From a virus: a DNA stretch of 64,000 bases. Location: IMG/VR virus record IMGVR_UViG_3300036851_000400, positions 4,028 to 68,027 of that record; one strand, given 5' to 3'. Positions 1 through 8,856 of this stretch are shown here, piece after piece (position 1 is the stretch's first letter; each line of letters begins with the position of its first letter). The notes under the pieces were generated by a model. That model was not told where the DNA came from, made no database searches, and worked only from the letters and a program-made list of their open reading frames with translations. The translations under genes were made by a program, and so were the position numbers.

Positions 1-137
1 TGATCGGCGAGGCCACCTTCGCGCTGCTTCCGGACGGCACGCAGCTTTCCTACAAGGCTGACAAAGCGGGGCATCGGCGTCTCCGGCAGATCGGCGAGGA
101 AGAGACCGCCGTTGACTCCGAATGGAAGGCCTTCTGA
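1..137 (+). CDS. Partial (3' end) probable YqaJ-like viral recombinase/exonuclease
   Basis: Open frame from nt 3 (IGEATFALLPDGTQLSYKADKAGHRRLR...AF*) ends in a TGATG overlap with the RecT start; this position upstream of recT is typical. Confidence 0.5.
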   Translation, partial: IGEATFALLPDGTQLSYKADKAGHRRLRQIGEEETAVDSEWKAF

Positions 138-1285
138 TGGCTACCACCGACGCCAATCAGATCGCCCCCGTGGACCGCGCCCTCCTAGACGTGCGAAAGA
201 TGCTGGCGCACGGTCCAAACATGGCTCGGCTGGAGTCGCTCCTCGGCCGCTACATGCCGATCGAAAGATTCTGCGGCTCCATCCTGGTGCTCTGCCGGCA
301 GAACCCCGACCTGCTTGACACGCAGAAGACGACTCGGGCCTCCCTGTTGCTCGGCGTCATGCGGATCGCGCAGTGGCAACTGTCTCCCGATCCGGCTCTC
401 GGGCAAGCTTGGCTGATTCCCCGGAAAGGCGTGGCCTGTGTGCAGTTGGGATGGAAAGGCTGTCTCGCCCTGGCCTACCGGCATCCGCTCATGGGGGCGG
501 TGCGGTACAACGTGGTTGCGAAACAAGATCGATTCGTTTGGGAGGATGGTCGTAATTGGCGTCTTGAGCACGAGCCGAGCCCGGAGGGATGGCCGGCTTC
601 CCTAAATGACATCGTGGCCTGCTGGACGATTCTTGAGCTTCGGACCGGCTTCTCCATACCGATGGTGAAGTATCTCCCGGACATCTTGCGGCACAAGGCT
701 CGCGGGCAGGGCCCGCAGGTTGCGTGGGCTACGGACCCGGCCGCGATGGCTCTGAAGACCACCATCGCCGACGCTTGCCGGCGCGGACCGTTTGAGGGCG
801 AAGCGGCGCGCCCGTTCGCCTTGGACGCCCAGGGTGAGGCCGGCAAGGGCCAGCCCGACGACGGCTCGATTGACATCGATTACAGCGTCACCGGAGAGAA
901 CGGGGACGAACCGAAGGGGCCGCTGGCGAAGTTCAAGGACGCGCACCGAGAGCCGAGCGCTGCCCCGCGCCCTGAGCCGCTCGATGATGAGTCGGCTGAC
1001 GATGAGCCGGACGTCTCCGACCCCATCAACGGCTCACCAGAGCACTTTGACGAGCTGCTGGACGAAGCCCTGCATGGCGAAGGTGCGCCGCCAGCAACCT
1101 CCCGCTTGAGCCCTGAAGCGAAGCGCCGCATCCGCGACGCAGCCGACCGACAGAAGCTCGATTCCGCCCAGCTCGAGGCCCTCGCTGGCGGGTCTCTGGA
1201 TCTGACCTCCAAACCAGAAACCGAGATCCTAGCAGCCATCCGGGACTACAAGGCTCCGAAATCGCCGGGGAGGAAGAGGTCGTGA
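137..1285 (+). CDS. recT: RecT-family ssDNA-annealing recombinase
   Basis: Motifs LSPDPALGQAWLIPR, QLGWKGCLALAYR and W..DP.AMALKT; ATG at 137 is coupled to the upstream TGA. Confidence 0.85.
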   Translation: MATTDANQIAPVDRALLDVRKMLAHGPNMARLESLLGRYMPIERFCGSILVLCRQNPDLLDTQKTTRASLLLGVMRIAQWQLSPDPALGQAWLIPRKGVACVQLGWKGCLALAYRHPLMGAVRYNVVAKQDRFVWEDGRNWRLEHEPSPEGWPASLNDIVACWTILELRTGFSIPMVKYLPDILRHKARGQGPQVAWATDPAAMALKTTIADACRRGPFEGEAARPFALDAQGEAGKGQPDDGSIDIDYSVTGENGDEPKGPLAKFKDAHREPSAAPRPEPLDDESADDEPDVSDPINGSPEHFDELLDEALHGEGAPPATSRLSPEAKRRIRDAADRQKLDSAQLEALAGGSLDLTSKPETEILAAIRDYKAPKSPGRKRS

Positions 1286-1545
1286 ACCGCTTCCGTATCG
1301 TCTGCCCTCGATGCCCCGATCAAAATGATCCTGGCGCGCACCTTGAGCTTGACCAGCTCGGGCCGTTGGTTCTCCATGAAGCCGTGGCGTCAGCGCTTAG
1401 ACAGCTAGAGCCCGAAGAAGACCTTGAGCAGATCGCCGCCGCAGACGAGATCAGGGTGCGAGACATTGCGGAGTTCGTCACCGACCAAGGATATCCGAGC
1501 CTTGCGAGAAAAATCCTCTCTTTCTTTGCGGGAGTGGAGCCGTGA
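1282..1545 (+). CDS. Hypothetical protein
   Basis: ORF with GTGA overlaps on both sides and a CxxC motif. Confidence 0.6.
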   Translation: MNRFRIVCPRCPDQNDPGAHLELDQLGPLVLHEAVASALRQLEPEEDLEQIAAADEIRVRDIAEFVTDQGYPSLARKILSFFAGVEP

Positions 1546-1994
1546 GCCGCGCCATCGGAGAGATCGGCGAGTACCTGGAGAAGCCCGTCTCCTTGAAGAA
1601 GGGTCCCCTCCCGATGAAAAAGGTCAACGAGGAGCGGCGGGCCAAGCTGGAGGAACGCAACTTCGGCCAGCACGGCGCCTGGATTCGGACCCGCCGCTGC
1701 GTCGTCGAGGAGCACGCCCATCCCACCCTGAAGATCCCCTGCATGGGGCGAATCGTGGCCTGTCACTTGATCCCAAGAGGCATGGGCGGCTGCAATGGCG
1801 ACAGGTTCAGCTTGTTCCCGGCCTGCGAGCTTCACCACTCCGAACAGGAGGGCAGGACGGCAGAGTTCCAGGGGCTCTATGCGCTGGATCTCGCATTGCT
1901 CGTTGAAGACTACAACCTGCTCGATCCCTCGCTGACAGACGACGAGCGCGAGGCTGCGAGGCGGCGGCGAGCGCTGCTCAAGGAGCCCCGATGA
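1542..1994 (+). CDS. DUF968/Ref-like HNH-type nuclease
   Basis: WIRTRRCVV...ACHLIPRGMGG...LFPACELHHSEQ pattern. Confidence 0.6.
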   Translation: MSRAIGEIGEYLEKPVSLKKGPLPMKKVNEERRAKLEERNFGQHGAWIRTRRCVVEEHAHPTLKIPCMGRIVACHLIPRGMGGCNGDRFSLFPACELHHSEQEGRTAEFQGLYALDLALLVEDYNLLDPSLTDDEREAARRRRALLKEPR

Positions 1995-2485
1995 GCGGCG
2001 AGGTTTGGATCCGCATTCCAGGGGAGCCCTGCGCTCAGGGGCGTACGAAATTCCGCATCTGGCGCGCAGGCGACGGGCGCCAGGGTGTTGCGGCCTACGA
2101 TCCCGCCAAGAGCCGGAACTGGAAGGCCGCTGCGCAAGAGCATATGCGCACGACTCTGGCCCGGTACGAGTTGACATCTCCTCTGGTTCCCGACGGCCCG
2201 GTCGAGCTCGCTGTCTTCGCCTACTTCACCTGCCCGAAGACGGACTGGCGGAAGCGAGATTCCCGCCCCCGCCGCTGGCACACGAAGAAGCCCGACGGCG
2301 ACAACATCCTAAAGGCCATCAAGGACGCCGCGAAGGGGGTCCTCTGGCTTGATGACTCACAAGTAGCGCGGGCTACCGTCGAAAAGATCATCGCTGCGCA
2401 GGGAGAGGCGCCGAGCGTCCAGGTTAGGGTGAGAAGGCTTGAGCCCCTGGCGGCATTGAGAGAGGAGGGGGCATGCCCGAGCTGA
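1991..2485 (+). CDS. rusA: RusA Holliday junction resolvase
   Basis: IPGEPCAQGR and KKPDGDNILKAIKDA...LWLDDSQV catalytic motif. Confidence 0.92.
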   Translation: MSGEVWIRIPGEPCAQGRTKFRIWRAGDGRQGVAAYDPAKSRNWKAAAQEHMRTTLARYELTSPLVPDGPVELAVFAYFTCPKTDWRKRDSRPRRWHTKKPDGDNILKAIKDAAKGVLWLDDSQVARATVEKIIAAQGEAPSVQVRVRRLEPLAALREEGACPS

Positions 2486-2611
2486 AGACGGCCTCCGCCA
2501 TCCTCTCTCCAAGCGTTGCGGCTCGGCTAGTGAGGTCCTTCATTCGCAACGAGATCCCGGTGAGCGTGACGCTCTGCGGGGCGAAGGTGTGCGTCACCCG
2601 GGAGGCTCCCC

Positions 2612-3127
2612 GTGGCTGAGCGACCGATCATCTTCAGCGGAGGAGGGGTGCTAATGCCTGCTCGTGATCCAGAGAAGCTACGTGCGACGCAGCATCGCTA
2701 CAAAGAGCGCAACCGAGCCTCGATCAACGCGCGGCGCCGAGCTACCTACGCCTCTGCCGCTGAGCTTCACCGAGATCGCCAGCGTCAGTACCGGCGAGCC
2801 AACGCGGAACACGTGAATCGGTACAACGCGGGTTGGTCGGCTCAGTATCGAGCCGCGCTGCGGGCCGAGTTCCTGGCCGTCTATGGTGGGCGTTGCTTCT
2901 GTTGCGGAGAATCTGAGCCACTCTTTCTGCAACTCGACCACACCGAAAACGACGGGGCTGCGCACAGGAGAGAGCACAAGACCGGAGCGAAATTACTGGC
3001 GGCCTTGAAGCGGCTTGGGTGGCCGAAAGAGAAATACCGAATCCTCTGCGCCAACTGCAATCACGGTAGGGCTCTGAATGGAGGCGTATGCCCGCATCAG
3101 CAGCGGCACCTGTCGAACGCCCAGTGA
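2612..3127 (+). CDS. HNH endonuclease with Arg-rich N-terminus (alternative start 2654)
   Basis: YGGRCFCCGE...LQLDH...YRILCANCNHGR; GGAGG upstream of both GTG 2612 and ATG 2654. Confidence 0.8.
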   Translation: MAERPIIFSGGGVLMPARDPEKLRATQHRYKERNRASINARRRATYASAAELHRDRQRQYRRANAEHVNRYNAGWSAQYRAALRAEFLAVYGGRCFCCGESEPLFLQLDHTENDGAAHRREHKTGAKLLAALKRLGWPKEKYRILCANCNHGRALNGGVCPHQQRHLSNAQ

Positions 3128-3882
3128 TCTTTTCCGGCCCCATGGTGCGGGCGATCTTGGCGGGTGAGAAGACGCAGACGCGGAGGATCGTCAAGCCTCA
3201 GCCGGTAGAGATGCCGGAAGAGAAAACAGGCGGGGTCACCATTATGCCGGCGCTCATGTGGGACAAGGGTGGCGCCTATGCGCGAGCGGTCGCCAAATAC
3301 GCGGCGGCGCATCCCGGAGAACACGTAAACCCGCCGCCCTATGGAGTGAATATTGCCATTCCTTTCGGGGTTCATTACGACAACCCCTATGGGCGGCCTG
3401 GAGATCGCCTCTGGGTGCGCGAGACATGGCGGGTCGCGAGCATCAACCACGGGCTGAAGAATGCTCAGTTTTGGACGATTCAGTTTCGTGAAGGCTTCGG
3501 TGTCTTGCCGCATCCGCAACCCCCCCGCCATCTGTTTGGGCCGCTCACCAGCCGCACGGTCCTCCACGATGGTGAAACGGGGAATTCGTTCGGCCCGTGG
3601 CGCACCCCGATTCACCTACCCCGCTGGGCCTCGCGCCTCACCCTGGAGGTGACCGGCGTCAGAGTCCAGAGGCTTCAGGAGATCCGCTGCTACGATATTC
3701 GGGCGGAAGGCGTCTCTTGCCCGGAGCACGACTTTCCCGGTGGCTTCTGCACGAGCGAGTGCGCCTACCTGCGGCAGGCGTGGGCTGAAGCCTGGAATCG
3801 GATCAACGGCAATCGCGCTCCCTTTGAATCAAACCCTTGGGTCTGGGGGATCGAGTTCAAGGTGGCGGAGGCTCGCTCATGA
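3088..3882 (+). CDS. ASCH/PUA-like phage protein
   Basis: ERPVIFSGPMVRAILAGEKTQTRR, PYGRPGDRLWVRETW, WRTPIHLPRWASRLTLEVTGVRVQRLQ and NPWVWGIEF. Confidence 0.85.
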   Translation: MPASAAAPVERPVIFSGPMVRAILAGEKTQTRRIVKPQPVEMPEEKTGGVTIMPALMWDKGGAYARAVAKYAAAHPGEHVNPPPYGVNIAIPFGVHYDNPYGRPGDRLWVRETWRVASINHGLKNAQFWTIQFREGFGVLPHPQPPRHLFGPLTSRTVLHDGETGNSFGPWRTPIHLPRWASRLTLEVTGVRVQRLQEIRCYDIRAEGVSCPEHDFPGGFCTSECAYLRQAWAEAWNRINGNRAPFESNPWVWGIEFKVAEARS

Positions 3883-4157
3883 TCCGCCGCCTGCTCCACT
3901 TCTTCGAGCCCGAGGAGGCGAGCCTGGAGGAGATCCAGGCCCGCTTGCGGACCTCGCCGGTCTCTCGGGAGTTCGTTCGCTGCTCCGGCTGCCAGAGCTT
4001 GGTGCGCGGAGCCCACGACTGCCCCACAACACCCGAGAAGCTGGCGCTCTTGCGGTTCCTTTTCGTGCGGCTCTCCCTTCGCAAGGAGAAGCGGCAGGCG
4101 CGCGAGCTGCGAAATGTCGTGCAACTTCAAACCGTCCGCCGGAAGGCAGGACGCTGA
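3879..4157 (+). CDS. Hypothetical protein
   Basis: ATGA overlap, GGAGG RBS, CxxC motif. Confidence 0.55.
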   Translation: MIRRLLHFFEPEEASLEEIQARLRTSPVSREFVRCSGCQSLVRGAHDCPTTPEKLALLRFLFVRLSLRKEKRQARELRNVVQLQTVRRKAGR

Positions 4158-4175
4158 AAGGAGAGGAGATCACCG

Positions 4176-4508
4176 ATGGCAAGAAACAAAGGATTGCCAA
4201 GGCCCGAGGGAGCCGCCAGCGCTGCGGCTTCTCAGCCCGCTGACAAGAAGCGCCGCCGTCCCAGCTTCGCCAAGCTCTTCAGCTTGAGCGCCAGCGACTT
4301 GGTGGCGCTCTACCTCATCACCTCCACGGCTAACGTGGAGACCGAGGACATCGAACGCATCGCCAAGGAGGTCAAGGCGGAAGCGATCGCGTCCTTCCGG
4401 GCGAAGCTGGTGGATGCCGCCCTGGGCGGCCTGGATGGTACGCGCGAGAAGCTGCTGGCTCTCAAGGAGTCACAGCCGGATGCTGTCGATTCTCCGGCGC
4501 AGGGATGA
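4176..4508 (+). CDS. Hypothetical protein
   Basis: RBS GAGGA upstream; typical codon usage. Confidence 0.6.
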   Translation: MARNKGLPRPEGAASAAASQPADKKRRRPSFAKLFSLSASDLVALYLITSTANVETEDIERIAKEVKAEAIASFRAKLVDAALGGLDGTREKLLALKESQPDAVDSPAQG

Positions 4509-4735
4509 CCCCTCACCGGTTCTTACACGAACGAAAGGAGAGCCCCCGCATGAATGAACAGACAACTACGACACCAGCCGCCGAATCCGAGGAGCCGAAG
4601 GAGCCCGAGTCCGGCAGCGGCAGCGAGGCTGGCCAGGAGTTCCTGATCTGAAGCCGAGCGCCGGAGGGAGGTCTTCCGCGGGTCCCCTCCGGCTCTCCCT
4701 TGAGAGCAGGAGCGACGTTTTGGAGGATCTTGATT

Positions 4736-6001
4736 TTGGGTGACCGCGAACATGGATGGATCGCGATCTCACGAAAGGTGTACGACAGCGATGACCCATT
4801 CTGGAAGGAAGCCCGAACGTTTTCCCGTCATGAAGCGAGGGAGGATCTGATTCAGATGGCCGCCTACTCTCGCCGGCGCAAAATGGTCGGCTCGACAGTT
4901 ATCGAGCTCGAGCGCGGAGAGCTGCTCGCCTCCCACCGATATCTGTCCGCTCGCTGGGGGTGGAGCACAAAGAAGGTCCGAGCCTTTCTCTTGCTGCTGC
5001 TCGAAATGGGCACACTGAGGACCCAGCGCGAGACCGTGGAAGGAATCATCTATCTCCTTGTTAACTATAGGCGTTACCAGCGCGAAGGAATCAGCGAGGA
5101 ATCACCTCCGGCTGTGGAAAGGGCGCAGCCAGGAATCACCGAGGAATCACCGAGGAATCACCGAGGAATCAAAGGAGAAGAAGGTAAAGAAGGTAAAGAA
5201 GGAGAAGAACCCCCACCCACCCAAGACGCGGGCGCGCGCGAGGAGCTCCGGGGTGACCCCGCTGTCTGGATGCAGGAAGCCTACGACCGCATTCTGGCGA
5301 TATACCCGCCCCACTCGGTGGAGACGCTAGAGGGGGAGCGAGCGTCGTTTGCAGCCATGCGCAGAAGCGAGATGCCCCAAGCGCAGCGTTTCGGCTTGCC
5401 GTCGATCCGGCGGGACGGCACAGACGATGCGGACCCTAAGAGCCTGACGGTCTCGGAGTTCTGCTCGGGCATCGTCGCCTGGTCGCTCTCGGGCCGCTGG
5501 CAGCGAGGCGTCATCCCCAATCTCGTCAACTACATCGAGAAGGGAAAGTGTCTGGATCCCGCTCCCCCGCCGGAGATCGGATCGCGCGAGCTGCAATTGC
5601 GCCGGGAAGTCCAAGCACCAGGAGCCCGCGCGGAAGCAGAGGCTTTCGACGTAGACGCCCGGCTCGCCGCCTTGGTCGAGTTGCTGCCTCCCGGCCTTCC
5701 GGGACGCGAGGCTGTAGCGGACCGCATTCGATCTCTCGGTGGCGAGCCCCAGGACGCGGAGGGAGTAGAAGCCGCGCTGGCCGATCTCGACAGCGAGACG
5801 CTCACCGGTTTGCTTGCCGGCCTCGAGGCGTCCGAAAGAGCAGACATCGACGCCCGCATCGAAAGGACCTTGTCGGCGATGAACGGGAGGCTCCCAAGAG
5901 CGGAGTTGGAGGCATCACGAGACCGGCTGACTCGGCAGATCCTTCGGGATCGCTTGAAGCTGCCGGTGCTGTCGCTGTTCACCCACCCGGAGGGCTCATG
6001 A
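4736..6001 (+). CDS. Phage replication initiator protein (N-terminal winged-helix type)
   Basis: GWIAISRK...W...DLIQMA...IELERGELLASHRYLSARWGWSTKKVRAFL; carries internal iterons; TTG start after GGAGG 4722-4726. Confidence 0.8.
   Translation: MGDREHGWIAISRKVYDSDDPFWKEARTFSRHEAREDLIQMAAYSRRRKMVGSTVIELERGELLASHRYLSARWGWSTKKVRAFLLLLLEMGTLRTQRETVEGIIYLLVNYRRYQREGISEESPPAVERAQPGITEESPRNHRGIKGEEGKEGKEGEEPPPTQDAGAREELRGDPAVWMQEAYDRILAIYPPHSVETLEGERASFAAMRRSEMPQAQRFGLPSIRRDGTDDADPKSLTVSEFCSGIVAWSLSGRWQRGVIPNLVNYIEKGKCLDPAPPPEIGSRELQLRREVQAPGARAEAEAFDVDARLAALVELLPPGLPGREAVADRIRSLGGEPQDAEGVEAALADLDSETLTGLLAGLEASERADIDARIERTLSAMNGRLPRAELEASRDRLTRQILRDRLKLPVLSLFTHPEGS
5041..5209 (+). repeat. Putative replication origin: AGGAATCA(CCG) iterons plus A-rich tract
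   Basis: AGGAATCA at 5041, 5086, 5097, 5131, 5142, 5153 and 5164 (11-bp period), followed by GAAGAAGGTAAAGAAGGTAAAGAAGG; lambda-O-like intragenic ori layout. Confidence 0.75.
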
Positions 6002-6339
6002 GAAAGCGAGAAGTCACATTGCACGAAGTCGTCATTCGCTTCCTAGTGCCGGAATACGAGATCGCGGGCGCCATCGAAAACGCGACCCCCCCGGAGATCC
6101 AGAAGGCTGTTGAGACGGGAACGATGTCCGAGCTGGACGCGCTCGCCTGGATGTTCGACGACGCGCTGAGCGGCAACGAGGTCGGCTCTCTGGCTCGGGA
6201 GGATCTTACCGTTGAGATCGACGGCGCGATCCTCTATGACGACAACAATCCGCGGTTTCGGATCGTGTACGGGAGCAAGACTGAGAACCCAGCCGAAGAC
6301 GACGTGGACCGCCGAGAGATCGGCGGGAAGGAGGAGTGA
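5998..6339 (+). CDS. Hypothetical protein
   Basis: ATGA overlap with the rep gene; acidic ORF. Confidence 0.6.
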   Translation: MRKREVTLHEVVIRFLVPEYEIAGAIENATPPEIQKAVETGTMSELDALAWMFDDALSGNEVGSLAREDLTVEIDGAILYDDNNPRFRIVYGSKTENPAEDDVDRREIGGKEE

Positions 6340-6343
6340 GCCG

Positions 6344-6775
6344 ATGGGATACGCCCTAGCCTACGAGCAAACACTGGTGACTGAATCCTGCGGAGGGTGC
6401 GGCATCGAGTTCGCCCTTCCCGCGTCGCTCGCCAAGCGGTTTCAGACCGAGGGTGCGTCAATCCGCTGCCCTAACCCTAACTGCCCCTGGCCCTCGATGT
6501 CCATCAAGGAGACGGAGGCTGCGCGCCTGAAGAAGGAGCTTGAGGCGGAGCGGAAGCGCCTGGAGTTCGCCCGCAACGCGGAACGCGTGCAGCGGGAGGA
6601 AGCGGAGCGCCTGGGCCACCAGTTGATCGCGGCCCGCGGGCAAATGACGAAGCTCCGCAATCGAGTCGGCAAGGGCGTCTGCCCCTGCTGCAACCGATCC
6701 TTCGAGAACCTGAAACGCCACATGGTGAGCAAGCACCCCGACTACGCGGCCGGCGAGCTGCCGGCGGAGGGCTGA
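6344..6775 (+). CDS. Zn-finger/coiled-coil phage protein
   Basis: CGGC...CPNPNC, a coiled coil, then CPCCNRSFENLKRHMVSKH. Confidence 0.7.
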   Translation: MGYALAYEQTLVTESCGGCGIEFALPASLAKRFQTEGASIRCPNPNCPWPSMSIKETEAARLKKELEAERKRLEFARNAERVQREEAERLGHQLIAARGQMTKLRNRVGKGVCPCCNRSFENLKRHMVSKHPDYAAGELPAEG

Positions 6776-6787
6776 AGAGAAACGCTC

Positions 6788-7405
6788 ATGGGTATCCTGA
6801 CGAAGGTCGCAGACCTGAATCACCCGGCCGCGGTAGGCGAACGCTATTTGGTGCTCGCGGTCTACACCCGAGACCTGTGCATGCATCACCTTCGCCGCCC
6901 ATCGTGGCTCCCGCTGCTTGGCGATCCTCACACGGACGCCGAGCTGCTGCCCGGGGCGGACCCTCATTGGCACATCGACATGCGCTTTGTGACGGACGCT
7001 CAGCTTGCCGCGCTCCGGCACGGCCATCACTACACGACAGTGGGACCGCCTCGGCCGGGGATCGAGTACTCAATGGTTTTCTATCACGGCGGCCGCGGAT
7101 TCACGAGCCCCAGACAGCCGACGATCTTACGAGGTCCCGAACTCCGCCCCATGATCTGCCGGCGCCAGTTCGATTTTCCCGAGTTCGGGAGCCGGTCCCT
7201 GACGCCCAAGCTGGCGCGCTATCTCCGCCCGCTGGGAAGCTGCTGGACCTGCCCGCACCGAGGCTTCAATCTGAAGCAAGTCCCGCCGAACGCCGAGGGC
7301 GTGATCGTCTGTCCAGGACACGGACTGAGGTTCCATCTCGACGGAACCCCGGCGCCGGCGCCCGCCGGAGTCCGGGAGATGCCCCGCCTGGAGGTTCCCC
7401 AGTGA
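6788..7405 (+). CDS. Protein with C-terminal Rieske-like [2Fe-2S] motif
   Basis: CPHRG...IVCPGHGLRF matches CxH-x(n)-CxxH. Confidence 0.65.
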   Translation: MGILTKVADLNHPAAVGERYLVLAVYTRDLCMHHLRRPSWLPLLGDPHTDAELLPGADPHWHIDMRFVTDAQLAALRHGHHYTTVGPPRPGIEYSMVFYHGGRGFTSPRQPTILRGPELRPMICRRQFDFPEFGSRSLTPKLARYLRPLGSCWTCPHRGFNLKQVPPNAEGVIVCPGHGLRFHLDGTPAPAPAGVREMPRLEVPQ

Positions 7406-7656
7406 GTGGCTTGACCTACATTCAGCAGCAAGTCATCCAACAGCTTTTCGAGGCCGGCTCGGAAGCGACCGTTTTGCGCAACGCCGCCTTCGGACGATTC
7501 AGGATCGCTCGCGGGAAGGGAGAGTTCGTTTGGGCCACGGTCCTGTCGCTCTGGCGCAAGCAACTCCTGATCGAGATCGTTCCGTTTCGCTTGTACCGGC
7601 TCTCTGAGGCGGGATGCCGCGAAGGGCTGCGGCTGACGGAGGCTCGGCATGCCTGA
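7402..7656 (+). CDS. Hypothetical protein
   Basis: GTGA overlap with GGAGG RBS. Confidence 0.5.
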   Translation: MSGLTYIQQQVIQQLFEAGSEATVLRNAAFGRFRIARGKGEFVWATVLSLWRKQLLIEIVPFRLYRLSEAGCREGLRLTEARHA

Positions 7657-8038
7657 CCGGCGCTGTGCCACCTGCGCCTTCCGTCCTGGGACGGAGGCCT
7701 CCAGGTCAGAGCTGACCCTGGTCAAGGCGCAGCTCTGCCTCATCTCGGGGACGGTCTTCCACTGCCACGAAGCTCCAGGATGGGAGCCCTGCGCTGGATA
7801 TCTGGCCGCCCTTCCTGCGCACCAGAATGAGCCCGAATGGCGCCAAGACTTCGCGCTCGAGATGTTGGATCTGATCGAAGAGGCGGAGCGAGCTGGAAGC
7901 GGCTGGACGGAGCAGCGAACCATCGAATTTATCCGGGCTGCGGTCGATCGCGTAGACGTTCGCCACGGGGGCGCCGCCGGCTCTCTGTCTACAGGGGGAG
8001 GGGAGCGTGGCTTACAGGGAGGAGGGCGCCATGGCTGA
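7649..8038 (+). CDS. Cys-rich hypothetical protein
   Basis: CATCAFRPG...FHCH...PCAGY. Confidence 0.6.
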   Translation: MPDRRCATCAFRPGTEASRSELTLVKAQLCLISGTVFHCHEAPGWEPCAGYLAALPAHQNEPEWRQDFALEMLDLIEEAERAGSGWTEQRTIEFIRAAVDRVDVRHGGAAGSLSTGGGERGLQGGGRHG

Positions 8039-8555
8039 GCCCATTCTATCCGAAGAGACGCTCGCGAGATTCTGGGCCAAGGTAGACAAAGTTCCGGGCG
8101 GTTGCTGGCTCTGGACAGCGTCCGTCCGCAACAAGGGATACGGCGCTTTCGCCTACGTTTCCAACGGTCGCACCGTACAAGAGCGAGCCCACCGCATCTC
8201 TTGGAAACTCCGGTTCGGGTTCATCCCGCAGGGCCTCTGCGTCCTGCATGACTGCCCAGGTGGCGATAACCCCCGTTGCGTCAACCCGGAGCATTTGTTC
8301 CTTGGAACCAAAGCCGACAACAACCGCGATATGCACCGCAAGGGCCGAAGCGTTCCGGGTGGGACCTACGGGCGGGCGGGATATGAGCGCGGCGATCGGC
8401 ACCACGCTGCCAAGCTGACGGCAGAGGGCGTGCGTTCGATCCGGGCTGCCCACTCTGCCGGCGAATCACTGGGAAGCATTTCGCGGCGCCTCAACCTGGC
8501 CATCGGCCACGTTCACCGAATCGTCCACCGGAAGGCATGGAAACATGTCGACTGA
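8031..8555 (+). CDS. HNH homing endonuclease with C-terminal HTH
   Basis: RFWAKVDK..GCWLWT...AHRISW...VLH.C...DNPRCVNPEHLFLGTKADNNRDM...AKLT. Confidence 0.9.
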   Translation: MAEPILSEETLARFWAKVDKVPGGCWLWTASVRNKGYGAFAYVSNGRTVQERAHRISWKLRFGFIPQGLCVLHDCPGGDNPRCVNPEHLFLGTKADNNRDMHRKGRSVPGGTYGRAGYERGDRHHAAKLTAEGVRSIRAAHSAGESLGSISRRLNLAIGHVHRIVHRKAWKHVD

Positions 8556-8856
8556 TCTCAGAAAGGAGGTGTCAGAACCATGGTAACGAAATCGCAAGCT
8601 CTACGCGCTCCGTTTCCATGGTTCTGACGGGCTCGGCGGTAAGTCCAGAGTCGCGCATCTCGTCTGGGAGCGGTTCGGGCCGGTCCGGAATTTCGTTGAG
8701 CCGTTCTTCGGGAGCGGGGCAGTCCTCCTGGGGCGGCCGGGCGAGCCGTCGATCGAGACGGTCAACGATGCGGACGCCTACTTAAGTTGCTTCTGGCGGT
8801 CTGTAGCTGCGGATCCCGATGCAGTTGCTCACTACGCTGACTGGCCAGTAAACGAG

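Noticed and set aside
2642-3111. Group I intron around the HNH gene
   Set aside because: The ORF fills the whole insert, leaving no room for a ribozyme core, and the target motif is duplicated rather than split
5131-5171. Tandem repeats as a CRISPR array
   Set aside because: 11-bp units with no spacers, inside a coding region, and no cas genes; they fit iterons
8619-8630. prfB-like programmed +1 frameshift at TTC-TGA-C
   Set aside because: No internal SD just upstream, and tRNA-Phe cannot re-pair well on TCT; kept only as a minor possibility
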